Origin: Octopus sinensis
Lineage: Eukaryota
Assembly (NCBI RefSeq): GCF_006345805.1
Contig: NC_043008.1
Span: 26,598,001-26,662,000 of the forward strand
Length of the DNA stretch: 64,000 nt
Reading direction: 5' to 3'
Both the position numbers and the translations under genes were made by a program. Positions 61,582-64,000 of the stretch are shown piece after piece. The notes beneath the pieces are model-generated. The model did not search any database and was not told the origin of the DNA. It saw only the letters and a program-made list of their open reading frames with translations. How positions within the stretch are numbered: the first letter of the stretch is position 1; each line of letters begins with the position of its first letter.

Positions 61582-62059
61582 TTATGAATAATGATGATCC
61601 AATGAAAACCACGGTAGTGATTATGACACTCCTCTGTCAACAGTCTCTTCTGTGAGGAGTCTTCTATACAGTCTCCCAACATGCTAGAAATAGCAACTAT
61701 ATCTCCACAAAAATCACATCTGATCATCTTAATGATGAATAATGTATTCCTTGATGTTCAAACCAACAAATGTTAGGGTCAAAGCTGAAATGGTATTGAT
61801 TATTAATCTATTTTACAAAGCTGACCAGGGGCTAGAAAAGAACTTTAGTAGTTTTAACATTATCAAGATACATAGAATTACATTACGGGCTTAGGAAAGT
61901 GAATGATATTTATTGAAATGAAACACACCTCAAAGAAGATCTGATTGTGTGTCCAAAGGCTAGTTAGTGAGATAGAAAGTGTATTGCAGTAAAGGTTCAT
62001 AGAATGAGCCATTGGTATTTTTTTTCCTGATGGGACCATTTTATTCTTAGTTACCTCAG

Positions 62060-62480
62060 TACTTTTATCTTATTCTTTTATTTGTTTCAGTCATTTGACT
62101 GCGATCTTGCTGGAGCACTACCTTGAGGAGTTTTAGTAGAACATATTGACCTCAGGACTTATTTTTAAACCCTAGAACTTCTTCTATCAGTCTCTTTTAC
62201 TGAACTGCAAGCTTACGGGCATGTAAACACACCAGTACTGGTTGTCAAGCAGTGATGGGGACAAACACAAAGACACACACACATAGATATTTACCCATAT
62301 ACATATATATGTATACAACAGGCTTCTTTCAGTTTCCATCTACCAAATCTATTCACAAGTCTTTGGTCAGCCTAAGGCTACAGTGGAAGACGCTTGCCCA
62401 AGGTGCCATGCAAAGTGACTGGGCCTAGAACCATGTGGTTGGGAAGCAAGCTTCTTACCATACAGCTACGCCTGTACCTA
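62060..62480 (-). mobile_element. SINE family B
   Basis: Full reverse-complement architecture of 40715-41125. Confidence 0.8.
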
Positions 62481-62760
62481 TATTGCTAAGATTCTTTACT
62501 AGACCTCTGGAGATGTTACCCACGATAAACCTGTGCCCATACAATTAGGAATGTTTATCTCAAGGTCGTTTTGATTCTAAGAAACTAGAACTGACAACCA
62601 GTCCTTACAAGTCTGTCGACTGTGTTGTTTAGAAGTATTTATTGCGATGTTAAATTATTAAATGGAAGAAATCATTATTAACCTATTAAAAAAAGAGCAA
62701 ACAAGTGAATGGAGATTCTATACATACATACATACATACATACATACATACATACATACA

Positions 62761-62789
<29 letters not shown>

Positions 62790-62791
<2 letters not shown>

Positions 62792-63030
62792 GACTGGCAA
62801 CATCCTTATCAGCAGTAACAGCAAGAAGATCTAACTAAGATTAAATGTTGAATAGCAGAGGCATAAGCTCAATCCAGTCTTTGAGTGTTGTATTGTATCA
62901 CTCAGACCACACCTACCTGCTGAAAAATAAAGAAAGAGACAAGTATATTAAATATATACTCAAAAGTGATAAAAACTACATCTTCAGAGTAGAGAAAGAA
63001 CTCCTGAAACTGTCTCACGTGACCCAAAGG
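62790..63030 (+). mobile_element. RLE-type LINE fragment starting directly after (TACA)n
   Basis: Joined frames resemble MTGN...RLY..R..GGRGI.SIQ..FEC.IVSLR.HL, the post-RT region of R4/NeSL-like elements. Confidence 0.45.
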
Positions 63031-63781
63031 AAGTTGAACTGATGAGCATCAATGAAAACTGGGGATCTAATCTTTCTCATTTGAGAGCTCCTCTTAATTT
63101 TGCTCGGATTGCTTTCAATTTTGATATATCGATGCAACTCTGAATTTTGATTACGATCAACCAATTACTTTATCTTGTAAATTAAAGAATCTGATGTTAT
63201 TTAGAATTAAAGTTGGGAAATCTGGGTAATCAGCAGACAGCATGGCATTAGCAGCTTGTTACCATGACAACCACAAACTGTGTTGTGCTTCACTGTTGTC
63301 TATGTACACTTTTCACATCACGAGATTCTTTTCATCCACATGTTTTGTTTTAATTTTTCTGTGTGTTAGTATATTACATATTTCTCTATTTTTAGTTTTT
63401 TCTGTGTGTTGGAATTTTTACATATTTTTTATTTTATATATTTTGGGGACTCATTGACTCAGTTCGATTTATGATTTCACTAGATTAATTCTATTCATAA
63501 AAATTTAAATTAGGAGTATTTCTTAAACCATCAGCTTCACATTTCAACAGCTTAACTGACATTTAGCCCACGTTACAGGAACTGAGAGGAATATCACAGA
63601 ACAGTGAAAGTGTGGGTGATACAGATAATTTGAATTCTGCATGCAAAAACATATAAGATACAGGTATTCTTTTCCTTGATAAAATTCTTTGTTGACCAGT
63701 GTTATTCTTATTGCAATTTACAAATCCAAGCATGAAAACATTACTCAACTTTGGAGTTTTGGAGATAGACGCCTCCTTTTC

Positions 63782-63835
<54 letters not shown>

Positions 63836-64000
63836 TAATGATGTACATAAATGCACTTATGTATTAATGATGTACATAAATACAGGTATACATAATACTG
63901 AAGTATACATAAAGTAAACACATGCAGACAAATATATTAATATAACAATCTTTTTAAAAAATGATAAAAACCTACAATCAAGGAAAGGACAAAAGAAACA

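Noticed and set aside
63039-63065. ctgatgagcatcaatgaaaac hammerhead-like motif
   Set aside because: Stem II cannot close and no stem I or III is visible

Overview
AT-rich, microsatellite-dense eukaryotic DNA with no intact protein-coding gene that I can support. The repeat content (three tRNA-derived SINE families; RTE, CR1 and R4/Dong LINEs; Tc1/mariner; Helitron; Penelope-like tails) looks like an octopus/coleoid cephalopod genome. That assignment is from recall of the repeat families, not from a search. The window is intergenic or a large intron filled with nested, mostly decayed transposons. Most notable: (1) a head-to-head pair of tRNA-headed (A/B box) elements, one carrying a minimal hammerhead-ribozyme core and the other with that segment deleted (27555-27990); (2) a Tc1 transposase with DD36E spacing (9595-10701); (3) RLE-type LINEs associated with microsatellites: an R4/Dong copy inside (TAA)n that splits a Helitron, and a second family repeatedly abutting (TACA)n; (4) RTE LINEs with a PHD finger inside the RT region or with 1-3 C-terminal C2H2 fingers; (5) several long, near-perfect foldbacks. 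All family names rest on manual translation and motif reading. No database search or folding program was run.
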